Shown: in pieces, positions 37,201 to 49,300 of the stretch
Layout: every line of letters starts with the position of its first letter
Numbering within the stretch: position 1 is the first letter of the stretch
DNA from: Eledone cirrhosa
Lineage: Eukaryota
Length of the DNA: 64,000 nucleotides
NCBI GenBank assembly: GCA_964016885.1
Contig: OZ024750.1
Location: forward strand, 25,544,001-25,608,000
Direction: 5' to 3'
Translations under genes and position numbers: made by a program
The notes under the pieces: generated by a model
Database searches by the model: none
Told to the model about the DNA's origin: nothing
What the model saw: the letters and a program-made list of their open reading frames with translations, nothing else

Positions 37201-40200
37201 GACCAGGACACACATGGATACTAATAACAATAAAAACCTTATGGTATCCAGTCCCTCTCTTTCACACACACATACCCACATCTCCCTCTCTTGATGATAT
37301 AATTAACATTGTCTTATATACATAGATGAATAATCTCCCTTGTGTATCATTTTTTTTCATGGTCTTTTATTGTAAATAATTAATTCCCCTTTCAACCATG
37401 TTAATTAACACACACGTACATATATATATATATAACTTATACAAAGTCAGGTAGATTGCCAGTAAAATAATCTAAAATACGAAAACTTCACAAGCATCTC
37501 TCCCTAGGGGAAGAGTCCTAGTATAGCAAGCTAAAAGTAGAAGGCTACACTATGTCCCCTTACTGCAGTTTCCAGAACCTAGAAACACCATTGACCATCT
37601 CAATAGATTAAGACAGTCCATACTGCAAGAAGATTCTTTCATCAGAGGGATTCTTTTAACCTTCTAGCATTTTCATTACTCTATATTTACTATTGTATTT
37701 TCATGGTAAAGGCTTTACTTCACATAATTATCTCACATAATATTGAATCTATGAGATTTTGATATTATTTATTTTAAGAACAATACCTTAATATCAAAAT
37801 GAGTGGCCAGTTTGAACAGAAAAAGTTCAATTGAGTTCAATTCCTGGACCAGGCAATGTATTATGTCTTTGAGCAAGACACTTTATTTCACGTTGTTCCT
37901 TCTGCCTATATTTGTGACCGGTAGATAGTATTAGCAATTGGAAAGACCAATAGAAACATTGTTTCCTCAGCTCCACTCCATTCATTAAGCGAATGAGATC
38001 TGGGATCTTGTCAATCAACTAATATATATAGTTTGATATCATATCTGGTAAAGAAGAAAATAAATTTACATACATGACTAAAAAAGTCTAAAGTCTATCT
38101 TAAGGCAGAAGGCTCATTTAGCTGGTGCTTATCCCGGTTTCATGGTGTAAAGTGACTGAGAGTACAAGAATCCCCCCTGGACAGGACACCAGTCCATCAT
38201 AGGGTTAAACTTCCAGCTATTGCTGGTACTCATTTTTCAGCTGAGTATACTGGAGCAACATGAAATGAAGTGTTTTGCTCAAGAACAGAACACTCAACCA
38301 AATCCAGGAATCGAACCCCCGACATTATGATTCTAAGTCCAATATCCTTACCACTAGGCCACATGCCTCCACACATACACGACTACAGATTGGTTAAAAC
38401 AGTCCCAACATATCTTCTTCTGATGTTGGTAGCTAAGATCATTGTAGTATATTTTAATATTTTAAGTTTTGTTATTTTTCAATAAATTATGAAATTATGT
38501 TCCCTAACTACATAAATAAATTACTCTTTTACTGGTTTAATAAATGTTCTAATCTAATTTTTCATATAGACGGTAAAATGTTTACTGATTGTACCAAACC
38601 CAGAGTCAGCATTGAATGAAGAAGCTGGTAAACTGTTATTAGAGCAGTATGATGATTACTCAACTAGGGCAAGACTATACACTGAAATCCATGCAAAACC
38701 TAAGTAAGTATCATATTATCTCTCATCTTAACTATTACTATTATTACTATGTGTTACTGTCTCTATAGACTGCTGTGTAAGAGTACATTGTCTCATCTGT
38801 ACTACTACTGTTTCTATAGACTGCAGTGTCTCATCTTTATTGCTACTACTACTGACTATGTAAGGTTACATTATCAAATAACTACTTACTACCCAGAAAT
38901 TATAAGGAATTTAAAGAATTTACAATTCTAGATTTAAGTATTTGATTTGAGTATATGCTAAGCTTTTCGGTGCCATGATAAAAAGCACCTAATACACACT
39001 GTAATATGGTTGGTGTTAGGAAGGGCATGCAGTTGTAGAAACCAAGCCAAAATACAGATCTATATCAGCATGACATGGTCTCCAGATCCATGCATGGAAA
39101 AATGGATGTTAAACAATGATGAAGCTAAATTATCTACTTCAATAGCTTGTGAATAATCACCTTTACTAGCACTTTTGTGGGGTTGTTGATATAATTGTTT
39201 TTAGCACAGTGGTTGATGAGATTTAATTTCAAATGAAAGTAATTTATAAAAAAAGATAAGCCAACAGTTAAATATCTTAGACATATACACAGCACAAGGC
39301 TGATGAGAGAGGTGGATTCTTAATTTGTTTTTTATTGATACAAAGTTGGGTTATTGTTATCAAGACAATTGTGTCTTTTACTTAACCCTTTAATGTTCAA
39401 ACCGGCCAAAACCGGCCAGAATTCTCTACCCTATTCTGATGAAACTGGCTGTAACTGGTCACTCAAACTGATGTTAAGGTATTGTTCTCAAAATAAATAC
39501 TTTCAAAATCTCAGATTCGATATTATGTGAGATAAAGCATTTACCATGAAAATATAATAGTATATATAGAGTAATGTGAATGCTAAAGGGTTAAATTCTT
39601 CTTCTTTGTCCATTTATTCCTGAGAGGGTCGTTGGGGCAGTCTTCAAACACTCCTTCCAGCAGGTCCTGTCAGAAGCAACCGTCTCACAATTGATCAGGC
39701 TGGATCCTCCTGCCAGTTGGTTTTGCCCATTAAAATCTGTCTAGTGATTCTTTCCTGAGACATTTTAACCACATGCCCCTGCCACCTATCCTGGCACAAA
39801 GATTGCGCATCCTGAGACTTAAATTCTCATCTCTTAATTATACAAAAAAGTATTATTGATAACTTAAATATTTGACTTCTGAAAAAACTTGTCAGATATT
39901 TTAATCCAAATTTACTTCTAAAAGTATTTTGCTAGAAACAAATATTTAATGCATTTTTAACCTGTAAAGAAAATTTTTCTTTTCTAATTATATATTATTG
40001 TGATTCTTATTATATATCTTATGACGACTTTGTGTATTTTTCAGAGCAAAAGAGGAACAATCGTCGAATGTTCGGGGGGATAAATCGTCAGAGGGCCCAA
40101 TAGCCAAGAAACATGCAGGGGACAAATTTGCTGGTGAAAAGAAAATTATACCAGTCGACAAAAAGAAAAAAGAAAAGAAGAAAGTACTGAAGAGATTATG

Positions 40201-40201
40201 A
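34146..40201 (+). CDS. UBE2S: Ubiquitin-conjugating enzyme E2 S, spliced gene; join(34146..34293,34660..34850,38570..38703,40045..40201), start codon in an upstream exon
   Basis: Translation [19 protein letters not shown]...[17 protein letters not shown]...[20 protein letters not shown]...[21 protein letters not shown]...[12 protein letters not shown]...KKKVLKRL*. It has the UBC fold with HPN motif, the catalytic Cys (TGT 34791-34793) and the basic C-terminal tail typical of UBE2S. All introns are GT-AG and phases are consistent (148+191+134+157 = 630 nt). Confidence 0.95.
34309..34512 (+). mobile_element. TTAA MITE family 1 in a UBE2S intron
   Basis: ttaa|ccttttagtatttacattactc...ccggg|ttaa. 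Confidence 0.75.
34660..34850 (+). CDS. UBE2S: UBE2S coding exon (GTPYAGG...HPN...catalytic Cys...KHILL)
   Basis: Acceptor ttatcag|CT, donor TTG|gtgagt; 191 nt. Confidence 0.95.
34901..35090 (+). mobile_element. SINE family A, young, with TSD attataacatatatac
   Basis: Full head and core; 16-bp flanking direct repeat. Confidence 0.88.
35272..35715 (-). mobile_element. Decayed RTE-LINE 3'UTR-type element
   Basis: (cat)n tail, tttctacagctgga, 48-bp-type repeats. Confidence 0.65.
35836..36252 (+). mobile_element. 5'-truncated RTE-type LINE (ORF end plus 3'UTR)
   Basis: [13 protein letters not shown] matches the 20540 copy, followed by the family UTR and (gat)n. Confidence 0.75.
36321..36514 (+). 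mobile_element. SINE family A, young copy
   Basis: Near-identical to 24263-24458. Confidence 0.88.
36515..37043 (-). mobile_element. Non-autonomous Helitron-like element
   Basis: Minus strand A|TCTACTAATATAAAAG ... subterminal hairpin ... GCTAG|T; no TSD. Confidence 0.55.
38083..38370 (-). mobile_element. tRNA-derived SINE, family B head with alternative 3' body
   Basis: Reverse-complement relative of 59689-59950. Confidence 0.8.
38570..38703 (+). CDS. UBE2S: UBE2S coding exon ([20 protein letters not shown]...EIHAKP)
   Basis: Acceptor catatag|ACG, donor CTAA|gtaagt; 134 nt. Confidence 0.95.
39386..39590 (-). mobile_element. TTAA MITE family 1, complete
   Basis: TTAA|CCCTTTA...TAAAGGG|TTAA. 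Confidence 0.85.
39596..39830 (-). mobile_element. LINE-like 3' remnant with (GAA)n tail (relative at about 14905-15100)
   Basis: Shared ttcttctttg.ccatttattcct...ggtcctgtcagaagcaa. Confidence 0.5.
40045..40201 (+). CDS. UBE2S: UBE2S last coding exon (basic C-terminal tail, stop TGA 40199-40201)
   Basis: Acceptor tttttcag|A; encodes ...[36 protein letters not shown]. Confidence 0.93.
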
Positions 40202-40555
40202 TAGCTATTTAATACTTTGTACAGACTGTGAATAAATAGACACACTACTTTAGTCTCTCTCTCTCTTCTGTCTGACTCTCACTCTGTCTCTCTCTCTCTT
40301 TGGCTCTTCTCTCTCTCTCTCTTTCACTCCTTTTCATACTGTTGTGAATGTAAAGACAGGACATTTTCTGATCATCCACTGAAAAGTCTTGGCCACATCT
40401 CCTACCAGAGGATGGCTCTGGCTATGGAACACCAGCCTGCCTCTCCCATCTCCAATCACCCATATTGCTGAAGTCGCCATCCTCGATATCCATTCAGACT
40501 TATACTGGCCGATAACAGTATTTGTGAGTGCATCATGTCATCACCCTAAGATTTT

Positions 40556-40561
40556 AATAAA
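40556..40561 (+). terminator. Candidate polyadenylation signal of UBE2S (another AATAAA at about 40231)
   Basis: AATAAA followed by a T/GT-rich tract. Confidence 0.35.
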
Positions 40562-40722
40562 GTTTCAAGCAACATAATTTGGCTTTTGTTTTTCCACATA
40601 ATACATAATTATCTTATGCTTGTTATATAATGAGTATATTTTTAAGTTTTTGTTCATTTTACTTTTTTTTTAAAGATTTAGAATATTAAAATTCAACACT
40701 TTCTTTTTGTCTTTTGAATTCT

Positions 40723-41110
40723 AAAGCGAAATAACTATTATAATACGTATAAACTCATTGCTAGAACAGTCGTTAAAACAGCCAAATTCTGTCAAAGACA
40801 ACGATGGACAAAAATGCCTCAGGGGACAGAGACCGGCAGCCAGTGGTCGACAGAGAAAATCCACAAGGTGGGTTACAGGCAGACAAAACAGAAAAGATTG
40901 AAAGAAGAGGAGGACAAGAAGTGTGTTGGTGCACGGAAGTAAATGGAAGAAGGAAATAAAGAAAGGTGATGTACAAGACAAGTTCACATACACATATCTT
41001 TACCTTCATCAGCTCTCAAACCAGCAAAATGCCATCGCTGTCTTTGATAGCATTTGGCTGTTCTAACGATGAGTTTTCTTATTTTATATGTATTTAAATA
41101 CTCTCGCTTT
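40723..41110. mobile_element. Long-TIR MITE-like element downstream of the UBE2S stop codon
   Basis: aactcat...aacagccaaattctgtcaaagacaacgatgg versus ccatcgctgtctttgatagcatttggctgttctaacgatgagtt. Confidence 0.55.
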
Positions 41111-42704
41111 TCAATCGAAGATAACAATGCTTTTCATGATTAAAAATAGCCTATTATTATATTTCCATCAAATATTCAATAATACATAACTATTTCCATC
41201 AAACATTCAATATACTTCAATTTAGATGGTCTTAGTATGTTTTGTTAATTGTTTAATAATTGCATCTTTCTTATGAGAATGGTTAAAAAAACAAAGATAT
41301 AATCTGACAAATTCAATCTAGAAACAGTATTTTGATTGGGAACTAAAATGTGATTTCTGAGTATTTGTATCTCTGTATAAATCTATTTACTCTAAATTTT
41401 CACCAGTGGAAGATAAAAAAACAACAAGAAAACCATCTGATAAAAATAGACTTAGGAAGATCTTAATTTAGGGTGTTCAGCTCATGTTTGCTTTCTGGAC
41501 TGGGCAGCAAAACACTACATTTCCTTAAAACACCCAAGAAACACCCTTATAAGAAGCCAGCTAAACTCGCAGAGGTATGAGCTGTAATAACATGATAGGA
41601 CTGAGACCCCTTTCATGACTGCATTTCTAATGAAATACACTATTTTAATGAAGAATTTTCAGGAATTTACTAAAATTAATATTTCATTACTAAAACTAAC
41701 TTAGGTTCTTATATAAAGTTATGTTGGAAGATTTTATTTCATAGAATCAGAGCCAGTTTTGGCCAGGTTGGTAACAAGAGTTAAAACACCCAAGAAACTT
41801 CCTATGAGATACCACGTAGTCGTGTAGGTGTCACAACAAAAAGCACCCAGCACACACTAAATGTAGTTGGCGCTAGGAAAAGCATCCGGCCAGAAACAGT
41901 CCTATATCAGCAACTTGCCTCTAAATAGGACAAACCCGTCTAACCCATGCTAGCATGGAAGATGGACATTAAATGATGATGATGATGAAGCCAGCTAAAC
42001 CCACATAGATGTGAGCTGTAACAACAACATGATAGGACTGAGACCCCTATCATGTTTTCTCCATGTATGTCTTGTATCAGAAACAATAATTGGGTTTAAA
42101 ATATAAAATTTTATTATTGAAAGTGAGATTGACATAAAAATACTGTCCCCAACCCAAAATACTGCTCACACCCCTATCACAAAATATATCTACTTTAAAT
42201 TCTAGCAGTGAAGAACAGTTGCATGATTAAGGTTGATGATATTCTTTTGAAACATTTTCTACGTAGAATAATTATTTCTAACTAGCAGAAAGCCACCCTA
42301 CGGGTGGTTTTCTGCTAGGTTCTGTAGTGTGTATATTTATATATGCATGTAGATATGATCAAATAAAATCATAATTGACAATATACACAGAAATTGAAGA
42401 GACACTGTCTTATGTAATCAGTAACGTAATCCATGATACATTAAAAAAAGACGATATAATATATAAACTGCATTAGGAGAAAATATATGAATATTTATTT
42501 AAACGATCACTAACCGGAAGTGTTGACATTTAAAAATTTTAAAGAAGTGAATCTTTAAATAAGTAATAAAATATATTTAATGAACAAGCTACGAAATTTA
42601 GTAGATAAATTATGTAATATTTATTCAAAGTAATCCAACTTATTTTACTAAGGGGATAAAAAATTATAAACTGTACACAGTCCCGCGCTTCTTACTTTAT
42701 TATA

Positions 42705-42910
42705 GTTTAGATTTAGGCACAAGACCAATTTGAGGGGAAAGTTTATTGTATTGACCCATAGTACTTGACTGGTACTATATTTTATCAACCCCGGAAGGAT
42801 GAAAAGCAAAGTTGACCTTGGTGTGATTTGTATATACAATGTAAAAGGAGCTGGAACAAATACTACCAAGTATTTGCCCAATGCTCTACCGACTTGGTTA
42901 TTTCACCACC
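42705..42910 (-). mobile_element. SINE family A, older copy
   Basis: tttaggcacaagacc...ctggtact..ttttatcaaccccggaaggatgaaa. Confidence 0.7.
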
Positions 42911-43290
42911 ATTCTTCTATGTTAAAAAAATACAAATCAGTGAAGCATAAATGTTTTCCAGAATATGTGGTCCACAAAATTCATTAAAAAAATTTGATGG
43001 ATCGCCAAATAATTTACAGCACGGTAGCACAAATAGATGGCTACCAGTGTGGATTGTTGGTTCTCCACCCACAACACAATATAGATCATTGGTCATCCAC
43101 GATATACATCATTAACCTTCTGGGTGCGCTAGGTGCCTTATGTGCCTTATGTTGCCGATAGAGTAATCTCCCCTAAATATATAATGCAGTGTCAAGAGAA
43201 GGAATTCACAAAAAAAAAAATTCAGCATGCTAAAGATTAATAAAAATGCTATTATAGTCATAGATAAAAAATAATCATTCAAGAATGGAG

Positions 43291-43301
43291 TTTATTTTAT
43301 T
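43291..43301 (-). terminator. Candidate polyadenylation signals (overlapping AATAAA) of ACTR6
   Basis: Plus strand tttattttatt about 85 nt past the stop codon. Confidence 0.5.
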
Positions 43302-43382
43302 GAAATGATGTAACTGTTTGAAATGTTCTGTTGATAGTGAATGACTGATGATCGATGACTGACAATTGATGGTTCTTCCATT

Positions 43383-43512
43383 TCATACACTGAATTTGTC
43401 GGCACAAATGCTGTGTCCATATTCTTCATATTGTTGCTTGGTAACCACAAGAGATGAAAATTTGGGGTCTGAAGCCAGCTTTGCACCTCCGTGCCAAGCA
43501 TAAGTCTGTGGA
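43383..43512 (-). CDS. ACTR6: ACTR6 exon 12 (PQTYAWHGG...ADKFSV*)
   Basis: tttcag|T; stop TGA at 43385-43383. Confidence 0.94.
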
Positions 43513-46346
43513 CTGAAAATAGAAAATATTTAACCATTTAGCATTTAAATTACTCTATATTTATTATTGTATATTTGCAGTAAAGGCTTTACCTAACATA
43601 ATATTGAATCTAAGATTTTTATATTATTTATTTTGAGAACAATACCTTATCAGTTGTGTGGCCGGTTACAGCCGGTTTGAACAGAAAGTGAGAGAATTCT
43701 AGCTGGATACAGCAAGTTTGAATAGAAGAGGTGAGAGAATTCTGGCCGGATACGGCCAGTTTAAATATTTAACTTAGAGTATTTAGTAAGAGCAAAGGAA
43801 ATAAAATAAAATAGATCAATATTTTATATCCTGATAAATATAAACACATAGCTATTGGTAAATATAAACACATAGCTATTGATAAATATAAACATAGCTA
43901 TTGATAAGTATAAACACACAGCTATTCATGATAAAATTATAGCTATTGATAAATATAAAATTCTAGCAATGAAGATAATACAAGCAATCAAAACTGTTGG
44001 ATATTGACTACATAAAGTACAAGTGTTATGTTAGGGTAACTAAATGGGATGTTGTGTATTTGAGGGACAATAGCATCACACTGTGATATCATCTCTTTGA
44101 GGGACAATAGCTTCACACTGATATCTCTTTTAGAGACAATAGCCTCACACAGTGATATCATCACTTTGAGGTATAATAGCCTCACACAGTGATATCATCT
44201 CTTTTAAATGCTATGTTGTATATTTGAGAGACAATAGCCTCACAATGATATCATCTCTTTGAGGGACAATAGCCTCATACAGTGATATCTTCTCTTTGAG
44301 GGACAATAGCTTCACACAGTGATATCATCTCTTTGAGGTACAATAGCCTCACACAGTGATATCATCTCTTTGAGGGACAATAACCTCATACAGTGATATC
44401 ATCTCTTTGAGGGACAATAGCCTCATACAGTGATATCATCTCTTTGAGGGACAATAGCCTCATACAGTGATATTATCTCTTTGAGGGACAATAACCTCAT
44501 ACAGTGATATCATCTCTTTGAGGGACAATAGCTTCACACAGTGATATCATCTCTTTGAGGGACAATAGCCTCATACAGTGATATCATCTCTTTGCGGGAC
44601 AATAGCTTCACACAGTGATATCATCTCTTTGAGGGACAATAACCTCATACAGTGATATCATCTCTTTGAGGGACAATAGCCTCATACAGTGATATCATCT
44701 CTTTGAGGGACAATAGCCTCATACAGTGATATCTTCTCTTTGAGGGACAATAGCTTCACACAGTGATATCTTCTCTTTGAGGGACAATAGCTTCACACAG
44801 TGATATCATCTCTTTGAGGGACAATAGCATCACACAGTGATATCATCTCTTTGAGGTACAATAGCTTCACACAGTGATATCATCTCTTTGAGGTACAATA
44901 GCTTCACACAGTGATATCTCTTTGAGGGACAATAGCTTCACACAGTGATATTATCTCTTTGAGGGACAATAGCTTCACACAGTGATATCATCTCTTTGAG
45001 GTACAATAGCTTCACACAGTGATATCATCTCTTTGAGGTACAATAGCTTCACACAGTGATATCATCTCTTTGAGGTACAATAGCTTCACACAGTGATATC
45101 ATCTCTTTGAGGTACAATAGCTTCACACAGTGATATCATCTCTTTGAGGTACAATAGCTTCACACAGTGATATCATCTCTTTGAGGTACAATAGCTTCAC
45201 ACAGTGATATCATCTCTTTGAGGGACAATAGCTTCACACAGTGATATTATCTCTTTGAGGTACAATAGCTTCACACAATGATATTATCTCTTTGAGGGAC
45301 AATAACCTCATACAGTGATATCATCTCTTTGAGGGACAATAGCCTCACACAGTGATATCATCTCTTTGAGAGACAATAGCCTCACAGTGATATCATCTCT
45401 TTGAGGGACAATAACCTCATACAGTGATATCATCTCTTTGCGGGACAATAACCTCATACAGTGATATCATCTCTTTGCGGGACAATAACCTCATACAGTG
45501 ATATCATCTCTTTGAGGGACAATAACCTCATACAGTGATATCATCTCTTTGAGGGACAGTAGCCTCACACAGTGATATCTTCTCTTTCAAATGGTATGTT
45601 GTGTATTTAAGAGACAATAGCCTCACAGTGATACCATAATGTTGTTTATTTGTATTTCTATATAAATCTATTTACTTTACTGTTGCCCCAGACAATATAT
45701 ATTTATGTATGTACATAGGTGTGTCAGACGTTAAACGATGATGATGATATATATATATATTCACTGGACTTTTGCAAACATGGAAGTGTTTGCCCCCGAC
45801 ATAACTCCTTCTTATAATTGTTAACATCTGATGATGTCACACCAGTGCAGATTGTTATTGTAATGATTGTATAACAGTTCCACACCTATGTCACTGAAAT
45901 ATGTATTATGCAAGAAATATGATTATGTAATGTGTCTTAATATTAATTCATATATATACATACATACATCGTCGTCGTCGTCATCGTCGTTTAACGTCCG
46001 TGTTCCACGCTTGCATGGGTTTGGACGGGGGTTTTCCCACTTGAGGCAAGAGTGATTGTCTTGCTCGCATAGGACTGTCTGGCGGGTTTTCTACAGCTGG
46101 ATGCCCTTCCTAACACCAACCACATTTACAGTGTGGGGCTGGGAGGTTTTTTCCGTGTTGCCTACACAGCCACATTACAGCGTGGACTGTCTGGCGGGTT
46201 TTCTACAGCTATATATATATATATATTTACACACATACATATATACACACATATACAACATCATCATCATTTTACGTCCGCTTTTCCCTGCTCGGAAGGG
46301 TGGGATGGGAACTGATTCTGGCTTGACATACACATATATATATATA

Positions 46347-46377
<31 letters not shown>

Positions 46378-49300
46378 GTTATAGGAATAACCAAAGAGTG
46401 CTTAGAAATACATAGTTTTATTAGCTAACAGTGTTTCATCCATACACCATGGCAGGAATCTTCAGAGCCTATAAACATGAGTATATCAGTAGTTGCATGC
46501 TCCATCGAGCTGCATCACCAGAACAAGGTTAAATGACCAGCAGGGGGGTCCCGAGGCTAGCGCTATATGGAAAAAGACATAATACATGATGCACATAATG
46601 TCATAAAATGTCTTAAAAATTAAAAAATTAAAAATTAAAAATTACACCATAAATTTATCACTTACTAGCAGTAAAGCCCGGCGTTGCTCGGGGTCGCTCA
46701 GTAGCTGTGTTAAAGTTACAATGTTAAGTTTCTTTTTTGGCTTAAAAACTGTAGTGTCTACTGTGCAGACTTGCATGTGGTGTTTTTGATTAATATTCCC
46801 TCAACCAACAATATGCCTTATGAAGTTAAGAAAACATAACGATAACCCGAATGTTATAACAAAAGAGGATGCTGGGGATAGAAACTGCACTGGTTATTTA
46901 TTAACAAAGATCGAAAATGTAAACACTGCAACGCAGAGAAAAACATTAGCGTAACCAAATTATCAGTTATGTCTGTCTGCACGCCTATATCACCTCTCTG
47001 TACGACTGTCTGTCTGCACGACTGTCTGTCTGCACGCCTAACGAAATTTACAGATACATATATTTTAAATAAACTTATATAATTTTTGCTTTTTTTTACG
47101 AAATATTTGCTTGTTTTACGTAGTCTTTAAATAGACTTGTTTTCAAGTAAAAATATTGTTTTAAAAGGCTTTTAAATGGAAATGAAGCAAAACGGAAGCT
47201 TAGTGTTCGAACTGATGAATTTTGCAGGTCAAAATTTTGCTGGCTCGACAACTGTTCGTGTATTGTGTTAATGTCATTTTAAACGCTGAGAAAGCCAGCG
47301 TAATTTTTTTAATTTTTGCACGCAGAAAATGTAAACAGAACGTAAGACGCTACGCTGAATGTAAACAGAACAAAGGGAAATCATTTTTTTAATTTTTGCA
47401 CGCAGAAAATGTAAAGAGAACGTAAGACGCTACGCTGAATGTAAACAGAACAAAGGGAAATAACTGATCACTTACGCTCAAAAATCGATACATTATATTC
47501 GATTTCGTCAGATAGGGCGGGTTAATTTGAAATATTTTTTTTCCGATGTCTTCGCTAGGGCTCAATGTACAAGTATAGCAATTTCGGTGCAATTCCGTGA
47601 GAGATTCTAAGAGGAGATGTGTGCCAAAGATCGATAGACAGACAGACAACCTCAGTTTTATATATATAGATATGGTGCAATAGATGATAAAGAAAATAAA
47701 AGAAGGTACGACGAGTTAAAGAAATGTATGGCACATATACAGCCGGCACTGTTGTAGATTTTAGGTGTATATCCCAGACCGCCTATGGTGCTAAATCCCC
47801 TGGCTATAGGTTTTGGAAAAATAGTGTTATCTCACTTGGAGCTCGGAACTGGAACATATCGATGTGGTTCGTAGGGTGCGGATATGATAAGGAGAATCGA
47901 CCTATTACAGGGCGATATATTTGGAGTACACCATCACTCATATGGACTACCATACATGTAAGGCTGCATTAAGTAAGTACTTAAATGGAGCCCGCAGGGA
48001 AGCAGACGGAGAGGGCGACCCAAAATGAACTGGCGCCAGACAGTTGAGAGGGACCTGCGAGCGACAAACAGACAATGGGGTGGGACGCTGTGCAACTGGC
48101 TGCTGACCGAACGTGATGGAACACTATGATTGCCTCATGCGTCGCAATGAGACACGGGAGCGTCTGAGTCTGAGTCTGATGTGAGAAATATATAATATAT
48201 TCTTACTTCTCTGGCATTGTTACTCTGAGATCATATTCCACTGGGATCATACTTCTCACTTCTTTTACACTGAAACACAGTACAAAAACAGGATTAATAA
48301 CTACACAAATATATTGAAATATATATATAATAATTATAATAGACACAGAAACATATGTTAAAGCAAATAAATTCCTAATCTCCTTTCTTGCTGATGTTTA
48401 TATTCTTGGTCAACGTTTAACGTCCGTGTTCCACGCTTGCATGGGTTTGGACGGGGGTTTTCCCACTTGAGGCAAGAGTGATTGTCTTGCTCGCATATAT
48501 ATATATATATATATATGTATAACGAAGGAAATGTGGTAAGGAACCAGATGGACCATAACGCAATACTTAGGGTAGTAGAGTGGGTAATAGAAACGAGTAA
48601 GACCCCGACGGCTGAGCTCAAGCCGTTTCGACGGCTAATTCTGGACCGTCCAGAATTAGCCGTCGAAACGGCTTGAGTTCAGCCGTCGGGGTCTTACTCG
48701 TTCCTATATATATATATATAAGTATAAAGAAAGTGCTCAAGTGCAGAAATGCTATAAAGATCACTTATAAAATAGGGTAAAGACCCTTAAAAGATGGAAA
48801 AAAAGTTGCCATTGGCTGCTCTGAGGAATTGAATCCCATATCTTAATATGTACGATGTACAAAGCTGAAAAATGCGGCTTTGTACATATTAATTATATAA
48901 ATTTAAAAAATAATTTATAAAAGAAACATTTATACAAAGCAATAAGACATGGTGAAGGTGGTGATGGTGGTGATGGTGGTGATGATGGTGATGATGATGG
49001 TGGTGACAGTGGTGATGGTGATGAAGATGATGATGATGATGATGGACGCGAAGGTAATGATGATGATGATGGTGACAGTGATGATGATGATGATGAAGGA
49101 GGTGATGGTGATGATGATGATGATGATGAAGGAGGTGATGGTGATGATGATTCGACCAAATCTGAAGAAAGAACAGTAGATGTAAATAATATTCCAACTT
49201 ACAAACGGTTTTTGAAGCCCGGAAGTAAACAATTGCCTCCAGTCAGAAGAATATTATTGAGTAAATGAGGTTCCATTTCTGTTGAGAGAATAAAGTCAGT

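Noticed and set aside
45764-45893. Possible extra ACTR6 exon between exons 11 and 12
   Set aside because: It has an acceptor-like site but encodes non-ARP6 sequence with a stop and has a weak donor; the gene is already complete at 396 aa.
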